64,000 nt of DNA from an uncultured Acidobacteriota bacterium. Its GTDB lineage: Bacteria; Acidobacteriota; Terriglobia; Acidiferrales; UBA7541. Both the position numbers and the translations under genes were made by a program. The stretch lies in contig CAWFDP010000001.1 of the NCBI GenBank assembly GCA_963814635.1, positions 145,250 to 209,249 of the forward strand, read 5' to 3'. Positions 1-8,170 of this stretch are shown here, one piece after another (position 1 is the stretch's first letter; the number at the start of each line of letters is the position of its first letter). The notes under the pieces are model-generated. The model ran no database searches and was not told the origin of the DNA. It was given only the letters and a program-made list of their open reading frames with translations.

Positions 1-974
1 AGGCGATGCTGCTGGAGGTCCCGCTGGTGCTGGGTCGGACCGATGAGGGGAAAGCGTTTGCGATGCGAGATAGTTGTCCTCATCGGGGGATTCCGCTTTC
101 GTATGGACGATTTGACGGGAAGAATCTGGAGTGCTGCTATCACGGGTGGAAATTTGATGGATGCAGCGGGCAGTGCGTGGAGATTCCTTCGCTGACATCG
201 CAAGACAAACTGAAGGTGGAGCGGATTTTTGCGGGGCATCACCCCTGCGTTGAGAATGATGGATACATTTGGGTTTACATGCGTGAAGGATCGGCACGTA
301 CTTCGGATGCGGTGCCCACGGCGCCGAAGCTCGCTACATTCAGCGAGAAATACAAGAGCACGCATCTGGCTTGCGACCTGCCTTCGCACATTGACCACGG
401 AATTATCGGGCTGATGGATCCGGCGCACGGGCCGTTTGTGCACCAATCGTGGTTCTGGCGGAGCAAGAAAAGCATTCACGAGAAGGCGAAGCAGTTTGAG
501 CCGATTCCTTATGGGTTCCGAATGAGCACGCATTCGCCGAGCACCAACAGCGCACCGTATCAACTGCTGAAGAAGATGACTGGCGCGCCGGTAACTACGA
601 CTATTGATTTTATTTTGCCGAATATGCGGACCGAAGAAATTCGCAGCGGGAAGCTGTGGTTTTCCAGTTTGACGACGGTGACTCCGGTGCGGCGGGATTT
701 GAGCCGGATTGATTTTGTGGCGGCGTGGAATGTGCCACTGCCGGTGACCGTGTTTCGTTCGTTTGCGAAGACGTTTTTGCGGCAGGATCAGCAGACGATG
801 ATCCAGCAGGCAGAGGGATTGAAGCATAATCCGCGGCTGATGCTGATTGATGATGCAGACCGCCCAGCGAAATGGTATTTCGCCCTGAAGGCGAATTTGA
901 TTGAGGCGCGTCGGACGGGTGCGGAGATGGTGCATCCGATGGACGGGCCGGTGACCTTAAGGTGGCGGTCGTAA
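1..974 (+). CDS. Rieske [2Fe-2S] non-heme-iron oxygenase, alpha-subunit-like; 5-prime end probably cut by the window edge
   Basis: ORF 6..974, with the frame open back to base 3. The Rieske ligands CPHRG ... CCYHGW sit only about 25 aa after the first Met. A D-x2-H-x4-H iron motif (DPAHGPFVH) follows. Family call is from motif recall; substrate unknown. Confidence 0.8.
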   Translation, partial: AMLLEVPLVLGRTDEGKAFAMRDSCPHRGIPLSYGRFDGKNLECCYHGWKFDGCSGQCVEIPSLTSQDKLKVERIFAGHHPCVENDGYIWVYMREGSARTSDAVPTAPKLATFSEKYKSTHLACDLPSHIDHGIIGLMDPAHGPFVHQSWFWRSKKSIHEKAKQFEPIPYGFRMSTHSPSTNSAPYQLLKKMTGAPVTTTIDFILPNMRTEEIRSGKLWFSSLTTVTPVRRDLSRIDFVAAWNVPLPVTVFRSFAKTFLRQDQQTMIQQAEGLKHNPRLMLIDDADRPAKWYFALKANLIEARRTGAEMVHPMDGPVTLRWRS

Positions 975-1206
975 GCGCGGCCTAAGTTAGTTAACAATAA
1001 TCCCCTAAGGAAGAGCGTACGAGCATTGTATTGCGGTGCATCCGCTGGCCGCAGCCTAGATACCGAGGCAGTCCTTTTACCGTGTATGCAGCCTCGCCAG
1101 GCTCCGCCGAAGGTCTTGGTGCAGACAGGTCCCGTCCAACTGAATCTTTTTGGCGGGTCATGATATTCGTGAGGCAAACCAGTTGTGGACCGCTCGCCAA
1201 CTATCT

Positions 1207-2496
1207 TTATAACAGCAAGAAGTCTCCACGAAGCTCGTCAGTCTTGGCCGGGCGCAAACCTGCTGCCTTTCCGTGTTCTGTCCAGTTGTCGAGCGCCGAA
1301 CGAACATCTCGAAGCAATTCTTGCCTCCGCGGCACGCTAAATCGATCAGCTTCCGCCAGCAAGTCCGCCCTAGTAATTTCAGCAAACTTCCCGTTGACGC
1401 TCATCAAATGCTGGTAGGTCCATTCCCCTCTTGGGTTGTGCGCGTGCGTTACGTCGTACGCGGGGGCCAGTTCCCAACTCTGGCCCTGCTTGAGGAGAAA
1501 GCTAAAATTCTTCGTGTGGTCGTCGCAGTTCCTGGACATAACATTGAAAGTCATACGCAGGAATGTCTGCTGTAATGCATCGTCGCCGAGCCCCAGCTCC
1601 GACACGGTCATGAAAAGCTGGGAATAGGCGTGCGTGCCGCGCTGCTTGTAATCCAGGTGATTCATCGCGCAGAGTGTTTGCACGTGGTGCTTGATTGTCT
1701 TGCCCCGCACCACATCCCGGTCGAAGCGGCGCGTCATGAAGTGGGCGCGATCGTTCTCTTCAAGCAGCCGGCACGGTGACATCACAATTCCTGCCTGGGT
1801 CGCCATCCGGTGGTACGCATATTCCGTACGGCCGTAATCTCCACCCGTTCCAAGCTCGAAATCTTTTCCGATTCCATCAAACTTGACAATCCAGGGTTCG
1901 AACTCGGAGGCGATATCGAACTGACCGCTCCGGATTTGATTTGTCGCCGGATTCCAGGCGACGACCGCTTTAGCGCGCGCGCCTCCCGCCGATGTGCCAA
2001 CTCGAATGATGTTCGCCAAAGCCGCCCTGGCATGGGTGTCCGCAGAGAGGTCACCCTCTACCGCCTTCCTGGCCTCTTCGACAAGGGATTTCATCTTGAG
2101 CGGCGCGGAGCTTTCGCGGTGCGAACCCAGTGCTGGCTTGAATTCGAGAGCTCCCATGCCGCGCTTTCCCATGTAGGCCAAACGGTCAAGCGTGCTTACT
2201 TCTGATTTCGTGGTTCCGTGTTCCGCCATCCAGGCATCGATCAATGCGTTGCCGAAATCGTCGGGGAGCGCGTCCGCAAACATTGAGGGCAGTCGTCGAA
2301 ATGTGGCCTCCGGTAGGCTCGGGAAGATGAATATTTCTCGGGAATCTGTCACCGGCATCATGATGGGTGCGAGTTCAATTCCCAGGCGACGCCATGACGG
2401 ATCATAGCCAAATGCGTAGTAGCCTAGCTTTGGGTCCGGCGCTATAGCTCCGACCAGCTTTCCCCAAGCGCGAACTTCGATGACCGGGATGTTCAA
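1207..2496 (-). CDS. hipA: type II toxin, HipA-family Ser/Thr kinase
   Basis: 429-aa ORF with a HipA-like N-terminus (MNIPVIEVRAWGKLVG...) and typical length. Its start overlaps the stop of the upstream XRE-HTH gene by 4 nt (2493..2496), the classic hipBA layout. Confidence 0.85.
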   Translation of the reverse strand: MNIPVIEVRAWGKLVGAIAPDPKLGYYAFGYDPSWRRLGIELAPIMMPVTDSREIFIFPSLPEATFRRLPSMFADALPDDFGNALIDAWMAEHGTTKSEVSTLDRLAYMGKRGMGALEFKPALGSHRESSAPLKMKSLVEEARKAVEGDLSADTHARAALANIIRVGTSAGGARAKAVVAWNPATNQIRSGQFDIASEFEPWIVKFDGIGKDFELGTGGDYGRTEYAYHRMATQAGIVMSPCRLLEENDRAHFMTRRFDRDVVRGKTIKHHVQTLCAMNHLDYKQRGTHAYSQLFMTVSELGLGDDALQQTFLRMTFNVMSRNCDDHTKNFSFLLKQGQSWELAPAYDVTHAHNPRGEWTYQHLMSVNGKFAEITRADLLAEADRFSVPRRQELLRDVRSALDNWTEHGKAAGLRPAKTDELRGDFLLL

Positions 2497-2819
2497 GGAT
2501 TTGCCTTCTTTCGACCGAGTCGGCGGTGACGCGCTCGCTGCGGGGGAGTCTTCGTTTTCAGAAGTGCCAGCGGATTAACGGTTGGTTGCGGCGCCAGCAT
2601 CTCGATACCTTCGAGATAGTTCAGTGCCTTCAAGATACGAAGCAGCGTCTGCACCGATGAGCCACGGCCCGCTTCAAGGTTTTGCAATGCCGCTCGCGCA
2701 ACACCTGCCTTCTCTGCGGCGGCTCGCTGATCGGTGTTGCGGGACAAACGGAGCTGTCGGATGCGCCGACCAAGCTCGGATTGCAGCTCCCGCGGAGACT
2801 TAAATTGCATATCGTTCAT
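2493..2819 (-). CDS. hipB: XRE-family HTH antitoxin HipB
   Basis: 108-aa ORF with a Cro/C1-type HTH (LGRRIRQLRLSRNTDQRAAAEKAGVARAALQNLEAG). It is translationally coupled to hipA and has palindromic operators immediately upstream. Confidence 0.8.
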   Translation of the reverse strand: MNDMQFKSPRELQSELGRRIRQLRLSRNTDQRAAAEKAGVARAALQNLEAGRGSSVQTLLRILKALNYLEGIEMLAPQPTVNPLALLKTKTPPQRARHRRLGRKKANP

Positions 2820-2956
2820 AGCCTATAATTATAGGCTTTATCGCCAATAAATACAATAAAGCCTAGATTTAAGGGCTTTAAAATATTATTCGATAAAGCC
2901 TCGATTTTAAGGCTTTAAACAAACTAACACAATTAAAGCCTATAATTATAGGCTTT
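2820..2956 (-). promoter_or_regulatory. hipBA promoter/operator region with four AAAGCC-N10-GGCTTT inverted repeats
   Basis: Sites read directly from the sequence: 2820..2839 (aGCC TATAATTATA GGCttt), 2858..2879, 2895..2916 and 2935..2956. Spacing is 37-40 bp. Sites 1 and 4 contain TATAAT on both strands. Confidence 0.6.
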
Positions 2957-3155
2957 AATTGAATAGTATCTAGGATTTCTCGCCGGATTCTATACGGGTT
3001 CTATAAATGAATGAGTGAAGACCGTCGAGGCGTCTTTTTCTTGCCTAGCATCGAAATTAGAAGGCCGTTTTCTTCTGCAGAAGCAAGCCCTGGCATCGGG
3101 ACCTGAGCCGCTGAAGAGTTGGGGCTGATTCAAGAAACCGCTTTCACTTATTCCC

Positions 3156-3344
3156 CTAACTTCGGAGCTTCTTGCTTTTCTTCTTAGCCCTAGCCCATCT
3201 GGTTTGCACTGCCTTTCGTGCAAGTTCTTTTCTCTCGTCCGGCGTCAAGGCAGCCATACGAGCCTTTCCGCCTTTCTTGCCCCCTGCCTTTCCACCCTTT
3301 TTCCCCATCTCGCGCATGACTTCCGAAATTAGATCGCGTTTCAT
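3156..3344 (-). CDS. small lysine-rich basic protein (KGG-repeat-like), hypothetical
   Basis: 62-aa ORF: MKRDLISEVMREMGKKGGKAGGKKGGKARMAALTPDERKELARKAVQTRWARAKKK. It resembles small basic GGKxGG / ...ARKAxxxRW proteins by recall. No clear SD. Confidence 0.45.
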   Translation of the reverse strand: MKRDLISEVMREMGKKGGKAGGKKGGKARMAALTPDERKELARKAVQTRWARAKKKSKKLRS

Positions 3345-3420
3345 GCACCTATCCTAGAATAAACATCTTGTTTGCTGCTACTTGCCTCTTGACATGGTCA
3401 AGTGTACTTGCGATAGTTCG

Positions 3421-3444
3421 TATACGAGAACCGCTTCTCGTATA
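3421..3444. promoter_or_regulatory. perfect 10-bp inverted repeat TATACGAGAA-ccgc-TTCTCGTATA (candidate operator or hairpin)
   Basis: Read directly. It lies in the divergent intergenic region between 3156..3344 (-) and 3530..4045 (+). Confidence 0.4.
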
Positions 3445-3529
3445 AGTTCGAGCCGCGAGGTACTCGTAGTGAGCAAGCGGGACGCGCTGATGCGATAACA
3501 CCAACGCGCCCCTGACCACCATAACCTGA

Positions 3530-4045
3530 TTGGAGGCAACGATGGCTGCTAATGAAGGTATCGGTTCCCCGTTTCTCAAGCAACCTTCCGCACGTTCCCC
3601 GAAGCTGCGCATCTACGAAAGCCTGTTCCTTCTGAACCAGTGCGTCGATCACGTCGTCGCGCTCTTGCGCGGCATGGAGAAGTTTTCATTTGCTGACAAG
3701 GAGTCGTTGCAGTCCGGCCAAGTGGAGATCGAAGGAGTTCGCTGCAGCGTGAACGCTGATTTCGTCGAGCACCTGGTTGACAGCGAACGCTTCGACGAAG
3801 GCCGCTTCTCGAAGCAGAGGCGCGCTTTTGAAAAGAAGTGGCGCGACCCCGACGACGTGTATATCGATGTCGAGCGCCGCGAGGAAGAACGCAAGAAGCA
3901 GGGTTTGCCGACGCGAGTCGGCGTTGTCCCTCACTCCGCCGTTGCCGAAAACGAACAACGCTGGGGAGCTCAACAGGAGCGGAAGAAAAAGCGCGCCGGC
4001 AAGTGCCCTTCGAAGCCTGAGCGCCGTGTGGGAGGACGCTCATGA
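3530..4045 (+). CDS. hypothetical protein with a highly charged Lys/Arg/Glu-rich C-terminus
   Basis: 171-aa ORF with G/C-ending codon preference from about 3600 onward. Its stop overlaps the next ORF start (ATGA at 4042..4045). The start (3530, 3542 or 3674) is uncertain. Confidence 0.55.
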   Translation: MEATMAANEGIGSPFLKQPSARSPKLRIYESLFLLNQCVDHVVALLRGMEKFSFADKESLQSGQVEIEGVRCSVNADFVEHLVDSERFDEGRFSKQRRAFEKKWRDPDDVYIDVERREEERKKQGLPTRVGVVPHSAVAENEQRWGAQQERKKKRAGKCPSKPERRVGGRS

Positions 4046-4320
4046 TCACCGCCAAGGAACGCAAAGCGATCGCCAAACGCGCCAAGCAGCGTCAGGACGA
4101 GCTACGCGAGCGATATCCCGAAGTTCACGGCAAGGTCGTGGATTTCATCACTCACACCATCGATGACGGAACGCTGTATTTCACCGTCCGCTTCACTGAC
4201 AAGACGAGCTTTTGTCTCCGCTATGGCTGCGACATGTTCGTCGTGGGAGCCGACCTCAGCGATTGGCGAAGCGGGAACTACAACATCATTCGTGAGTACA
4301 TGAAGCCGACTCCGAGGTAG
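4042..4320 (+). CDS. hypothetical protein
   Basis: 92-aa ORF translationally coupled to 3530..4045. No family recognised. Confidence 0.5.
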   Translation: MITAKERKAIAKRAKQRQDELRERYPEVHGKVVDFITHTIDDGTLYFTVRFTDKTSFCLRYGCDMFVVGADLSDWRSGNYNIIREYMKPTPR

Positions 4321-4385
4321 AGACGACAAGTATCTCGCGGCTATCGCGGGTCGAACTCGGCGGGTGTGAAAAGGGCGGAGGCAGG

Positions 4386-5045
4386 CTAGCGGAATGAAGG
4401 CAGATTGAAGTCCACGTTGACCTCGTCGCCTTCCGGGGGAACGACGTCTACTGTTATGGAGTCAGCGGGAAACTTTGCGGCTACGAAGGCGAGGGAGATG
4501 GTGGCGCCGACGAGCGTGCAGCCACCCTCGGAGCAACTGTAAATCGGCTGGCCAGATGTTTCCTTGGGAAGAAGGGGAGCTTGAGCCTCCGACATCACCG
4601 AGACGTCGAAGTCACGCCAGAAGTCAGAAGAACGCAGGGCGAGACCGGAGGGAGAGTGTGAGTTGTTTGGGTCAGCAACGAATGGCCCGTAAGAGTCGGT
4701 GAAGTAGATGTCCACCTGGATCAGCACAGTTTCGGAATCGGGATTGTGCTCGCGCTCAGCCTGTTGCGCACTGTAGTTACCGGTGTGGTTGGCGGAGAGG
4801 GAGACCGCCTGGGCATAAGGGGTAAGTAAACGAATGACCGCGATGTCCGGGCCAGTAGCAGGAGCCGGCAGATTTTTTGCGTACTTGGCGAAGAAATCGG
4901 AGACCGATTGATCGTGACGCTGGCCGAGGAAATACGCTTCGCGCACGGCAGTCTCTGACAGCGGAGTCTGGATGGCCAGTAACGGCTGACAAAGAAGCAT
5001 CGCCGAGACCGCAAGCGAAACGTGGCGGCGAAGTGATGTCGGCAT
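4386..5045 (-). CDS. secreted hypothetical protein
   Basis: 219-aa ORF with an N-terminal signal-like segment (RRHVSLAVSAMLLCQPLLAIQ). Confidence 0.65.
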   Translation of the reverse strand: MPTSLRRHVSLAVSAMLLCQPLLAIQTPLSETAVREAYFLGQRHDQSVSDFFAKYAKNLPAPATGPDIAVIRLLTPYAQAVSLSANHTGNYSAQQAEREHNPDSETVLIQVDIYFTDSYGPFVADPNNSHSPSGLALRSSDFWRDFDVSVMSEAQAPLLPKETSGQPIYSCSEGGCTLVGATISLAFVAAKFPADSITVDVVPPEGDEVNVDFNLPSFR

Positions 5046-5078
5046 CGTGCCTCCAAAGAGCGCCGAAGGCGGGATCGG

Positions 5079-5612
5079 TTATTTTCTAGTGCGAGAGGTG
5101 CTGAAAGCAAACTTGCTCATAAGGAGTTGTGCCTCATCGCTATCGAGAGGTTCGAATCTCATGCCTGCGGGGCCAAGTTTTTCGTTCCAGTGGTTGCGAA
5201 CGATAAAAAAATAGGTGCCGCCCGGCTCAGCGGTGAAATGCGAAGCCGCGGATTTTTGCCCGGTATCAACCGCCACGAAGGATTGCCAACCGGCGCAGAG
5301 GTGATGTTCGCCGGGTTCGACGGAGACATAGAAATAGGCGTTGGATTGAGTGGCGCCGACCCAGGTGCCGTCCAGGCCAAAGCGCGTGGTGGGTCTGGGG
5401 CGGCTGAGGAAGTAAGTATCGTCCTGAAGAAAGTAGATGAGAGCTTTGCCAGGGTCGGGCTTGAGGAAAGGATGTTGTGACTTGCTGGACTGCACGTCGA
5501 ACTTGGTGTTCCCGGAGCCGCAGCCGGGAGCGGTGGCCTGTGCGGTTGGACCAGATTGCGCGAAGCATGAGCTTGCGAAGGCGAGGACCAGAAAAGCCAG
5601 GAAAGTTTTCAT
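5079..5612 (-). CDS. secreted hypothetical protein (DUF2846-like by weak recall)
   Basis: 177-aa ORF with a clear signal peptide (MKTFLAFLVLAFASSCFAQS). It sits in tandem with 4386..5045. Confidence 0.65.
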   Translation of the reverse strand: MKTFLAFLVLAFASSCFAQSGPTAQATAPGCGSGNTKFDVQSSKSQHPFLKPDPGKALIYFLQDDTYFLSRPRPTTRFGLDGTWVGATQSNAYFYVSVEPGEHHLCAGWQSFVAVDTGQKSAASHFTAEPGGTYFFIVRNHWNEKLGPAGMRFEPLDSDEAQLLMSKFAFSTSRTRK

Positions 5613-5802
5613 GTTGGCTCCTAGACCGCGAGGCGCCTGTAATTCGTTTCGTTGAGGAAGAAAAACCCTGCAAATAGGACGAAGTTGCGCGGGATTTGGT
5701 TACCAGTTAAGGGCGAAGAAAGAAAACGATTGACGCAGAGGATGAGAAGAGGAGATGCAAAGGGCGTAGAGGGCGGAACGTGGCTTCGCTCCGGAAACGG
5801 GA

Positions 5803-7374
5803 CTAGATGCGGCGGGTGACGTTGGGGAAGTCCAGCCAGACTTTTACGCCGCAGAAGTGGGAGCCTTCGGTGCAGATGGGGGTGGTGACACCGGCGCGGA
5901 GATAGCAGGGCGGGCCGATGTATTTGGCGAGTTGGGGATGGACCTGGCGGAGTTGGGCAATTTCATCGAGCGAGGACTGGTAGATCTCTTCCTGAGCGTT
6001 GAAGCAGGTGCGCATGGTCCATTTGTGGAGGAGATGGAGGAGCGAGCCGGATTCGACCAGGCGAATGGACTTGGCATTGGGGAGAAGGTAGAGGGCGATT
6101 TCGTTGGGGACGCCGCGATCGAGGAGCTGGTTCTTGGCGTACCAGGCGTCGTGCATGGCGCGGTCGTAGACTTCCTTGGCGCGGGGATTGTCTTTGAGCA
6201 GCGCGGGCGTGATGTAGTCGGGTTCGCGAGTGTCGGCGAGAGTAAGTAGAGGGCGCGAGCCGGGAATCATGCGGTGGCGCTGGTCCTGGCTGTCGGCGGT
6301 GTGGCTGATTTTCTTGGCGAAGGTGTAACTGGCATGCTGCAAGGCGCGCATCATGGGCGCGTGGACACCGATGTTGAGAGTTTCCAGGCGATAGAGATTG
6401 CGGGCGGGATTGAGCAGTCGGTCGAGCGCTTCGTCGTCTGGGCAATCGGCGGCGGAGAGGCCGAGAACTCCGCGATAGGCGCCGGCAATTACTTTGGGGG
6501 CGTTGGCGGAGTAGTCGAGCAAAGCGGCGGTGCGGCCGTTGAGTTGGGCGTCGAACTCTTTTGCGAACTGGTCGCCTTGAGTCGCACCAGCTGGATTTGT
6601 TTTCCACTCGGGAAGTTCGTCTAGCGGTTCAATTCCAAAACGATCAAAAAATTGCGGGTCGATATTTTTTACGAGGGCGACCATATCGCCGATGATGGCG
6701 CGCGCTTCGCTGGGGGTATCGGAGGCGGCACACATGCGCCAGAGGCGGTGAAGCACGATGCCAGATACGGTATGCACCATGGTGGTGAAGGCGGCGACGG
6801 GGAGAACGTAGCGGGCAATTTCGATGGCGCGCTTTTCGGCGGAGCGTTCGATTTTCTGAAGACGCTTGGGGTGAGACATCGGGCCGACATGCCAGATATC
6901 GAGAAGAATTTCACGGGATTGCGGGAGGAGAAGCGAAGAGAGTTCGCGATAGTAGGACCAGGCGCGGGCGATGGCGCGTTCGTAGATGACGCGGGATTCG
7001 GCGTCGAAGAAAAGAGAAAGTTCTGGGACGTAGGCGTGAGTGCGGTCCATGCGAACGTAACGCTGGGATTGTTGCTCGGAATTATAGAAAGGATGGGCGT
7101 GAAGGAAAGACCAGACGAACTGGCGGCTGATGTTCTCGAGTCCGAATTCGAAGTGCGCGTGCTGGTAGACGGTGTGATGGCCGCTGAAGAATGTGGCGGC
7201 ACCGATGTTGAGGCGCTGCTTGTCGTTGACTTCTTCAGGGTTGATGAGGCGGGAAGAGTAACAGGTGCGGGCGGCGGCGATGGCAGAGTCGAAGGGATGA
7301 GCGAAAGCGTTGCGGAGAGTGACGCGAGGTGGAGCGGACTCGACGAGTTCAGCGGGATCTCCGGAATGGAACAT
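5803..7374 (-). CDS. thyX: FAD-dependent thymidylate synthase-like protein, long two-domain form
   Basis: The first half carries SRQF...NSEQQSQRYV and the second half carries QDQRHRMIPGS, both pieces of the ThyX signature. The start is set at Met128 of track ORF 5803..7755 (cat at 7372..7374), because the upstream 127 codons run through the rpmE terminator and into rpmE. Confidence 0.75.
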   Translation of the reverse strand: MFHSGDPAELVESAPPRVTLRNAFAHPFDSAIAAARTCYSSRLINPEEVNDKQRLNIGAATFFSGHHTVYQHAHFEFGLENISRQFVWSFLHAHPFYNSEQQSQRYVRMDRTHAYVPELSLFFDAESRVIYERAIARAWSYYRELSSLLLPQSREILLDIWHVGPMSHPKRLQKIERSAEKRAIEIARYVLPVAAFTTMVHTVSGIVLHRLWRMCAASDTPSEARAIIGDMVALVKNIDPQFFDRFGIEPLDELPEWKTNPAGATQGDQFAKEFDAQLNGRTAALLDYSANAPKVIAGAYRGVLGLSAADCPDDEALDRLLNPARNLYRLETLNIGVHAPMMRALQHASYTFAKKISHTADSQDQRHRMIPGSRPLLTLADTREPDYITPALLKDNPRAKEVYDRAMHDAWYAKNQLLDRGVPNEIALYLLPNAKSIRLVESGSLLHLLHKWTMRTCFNAQEEIYQSSLDEIAQLRQVHPQLAKYIGPPCYLRAGVTTPICTEGSHFCGVKVWLDFPNVTRRI

Positions 7375-7527
7375 GCGCGATTGAGTGGCCACGTTGGAGA
7401 AGCATTTTACATGGAAGCGGGAGGTGATGCGCGGGGGAAAGACAGAAAAAACTTTGCACAGAGCACGCAGAGGACACAGAGAAGGGCGACAAGCGGAGGC
7501 GAGCGAGAGAAGAGAGGTGAGGTGAGG

Positions 7528-7560
7528 AAAAAAGAAGGACAGCCGGTTGGGGCTGTCCTT
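7528..7560 (-). terminator. rho-independent terminator of rpmE
   Basis: 10-bp stem AAGGACAGCC / GGCTGTCCTT (7535..7544 and 7551..7560) with a 6-nt loop. On the minus strand it is followed by a T6 run (plus-strand A6 at 7528..7533). It lies about 80 nt downstream of the rpmE stop. Confidence 0.7.
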
Positions 7561-7640
7561 CCCTGAGGCCAGAATGCTTTTCGTTGCTGACCGCTTGTGC
7601 TGCGACGACTGATTGTGGTGCGGCTGCCGCTTGTGTTGCG

Positions 7641-7874
7641 TTACTTTTTTGCGGCTGCGGTTTTTGCGGCGGCGTCGGCGTATTTCTTGGTGAAGCGTTC
7701 GACGCGGCCGGCGGTGTCCAGAAGCTTCTGCTTGCCGGTGAAGAACGGGTGGCAATTGGAGCAGATTTCAACGTTCAGCCGGTCACCTTTGATGGTGGAG
7801 CGGGTCTGGAAGTTGTTGCCGCAAGCGCAGTGGACGGTTACAGCGTGATAGTCGGGATGAATACCGGGCTTCAT
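7641..7874 (-). CDS. rpmE: 50S ribosomal protein L31
   Basis: 77-aa [30 protein letters not shown]...[13 protein letters not shown], the canonical L31 with CxxC zinc motifs. Confidence 0.95.
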   Translation of the reverse strand: MKPGIHPDYHAVTVHCACGNNFQTRSTIKGDRLNVEICSNCHPFFTGKQKLLDTAGRVERFTKKYADAAAKTAAAKK

Positions 7875-8170
7875 GAATCTCCATTCTGTCGCGGCCGGTC
7901 TGCGCCAAACCTGCGGAGGCAGGGAGTACAGAGGCGTCGCTAGGTCGCGAAGTAACTCCCGATTATAGCGGAGGTGGTGAGATTCTGCAAAAGCGGGGGA
8001 AAGGCGGTAGTGGGTCCGTTTGAAATTCGGGCCGGATTGACTGTTTGGCGGCCAGTGCTACTATGCCAGCATGGCGAAAAAGAAAAAGATCAAGCGAACT
8101 AAACGGCCCAATAAGGCACGCCCAAAGCTCGAAGATGCCAATCAACTTGCCTATAGAATTCTAAAACAAT

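Noticed and set aside
3349-3612. 87-aa minus-strand ORF ending 4 nt before the small basic gene
   Set aside because: It overlaps the better-supported plus-strand gene 3530..4045 and uses many A/T-ending codons unlike its neighbours. It also contains the 24-bp palindrome, so it is more likely non-coding promoter DNA. Not fully excluded.
6652-7566. Long antisense ORFs opposite real genes (6652..7566, 5963..6607, 21967..22845, 50278..51189, 62257..62922, 39240..39752 and similar)
   Set aside because: These are shadow ORFs typical of GC-rich coding regions, with no motifs and Arg/Gly/Ala-rich composition. The opposite strand carries recognisable families.
7375-7755. N-terminal 127 codons of track ORF 5803..7755 (and ORF 7349..7771)
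   Set aside because: They run through the rpmE terminator hairpin and overlap rpmE itself on the same strand. The sequence is low-complexity Arg/Lys/Ser/Pro. The ThyX homology only begins after Met128.
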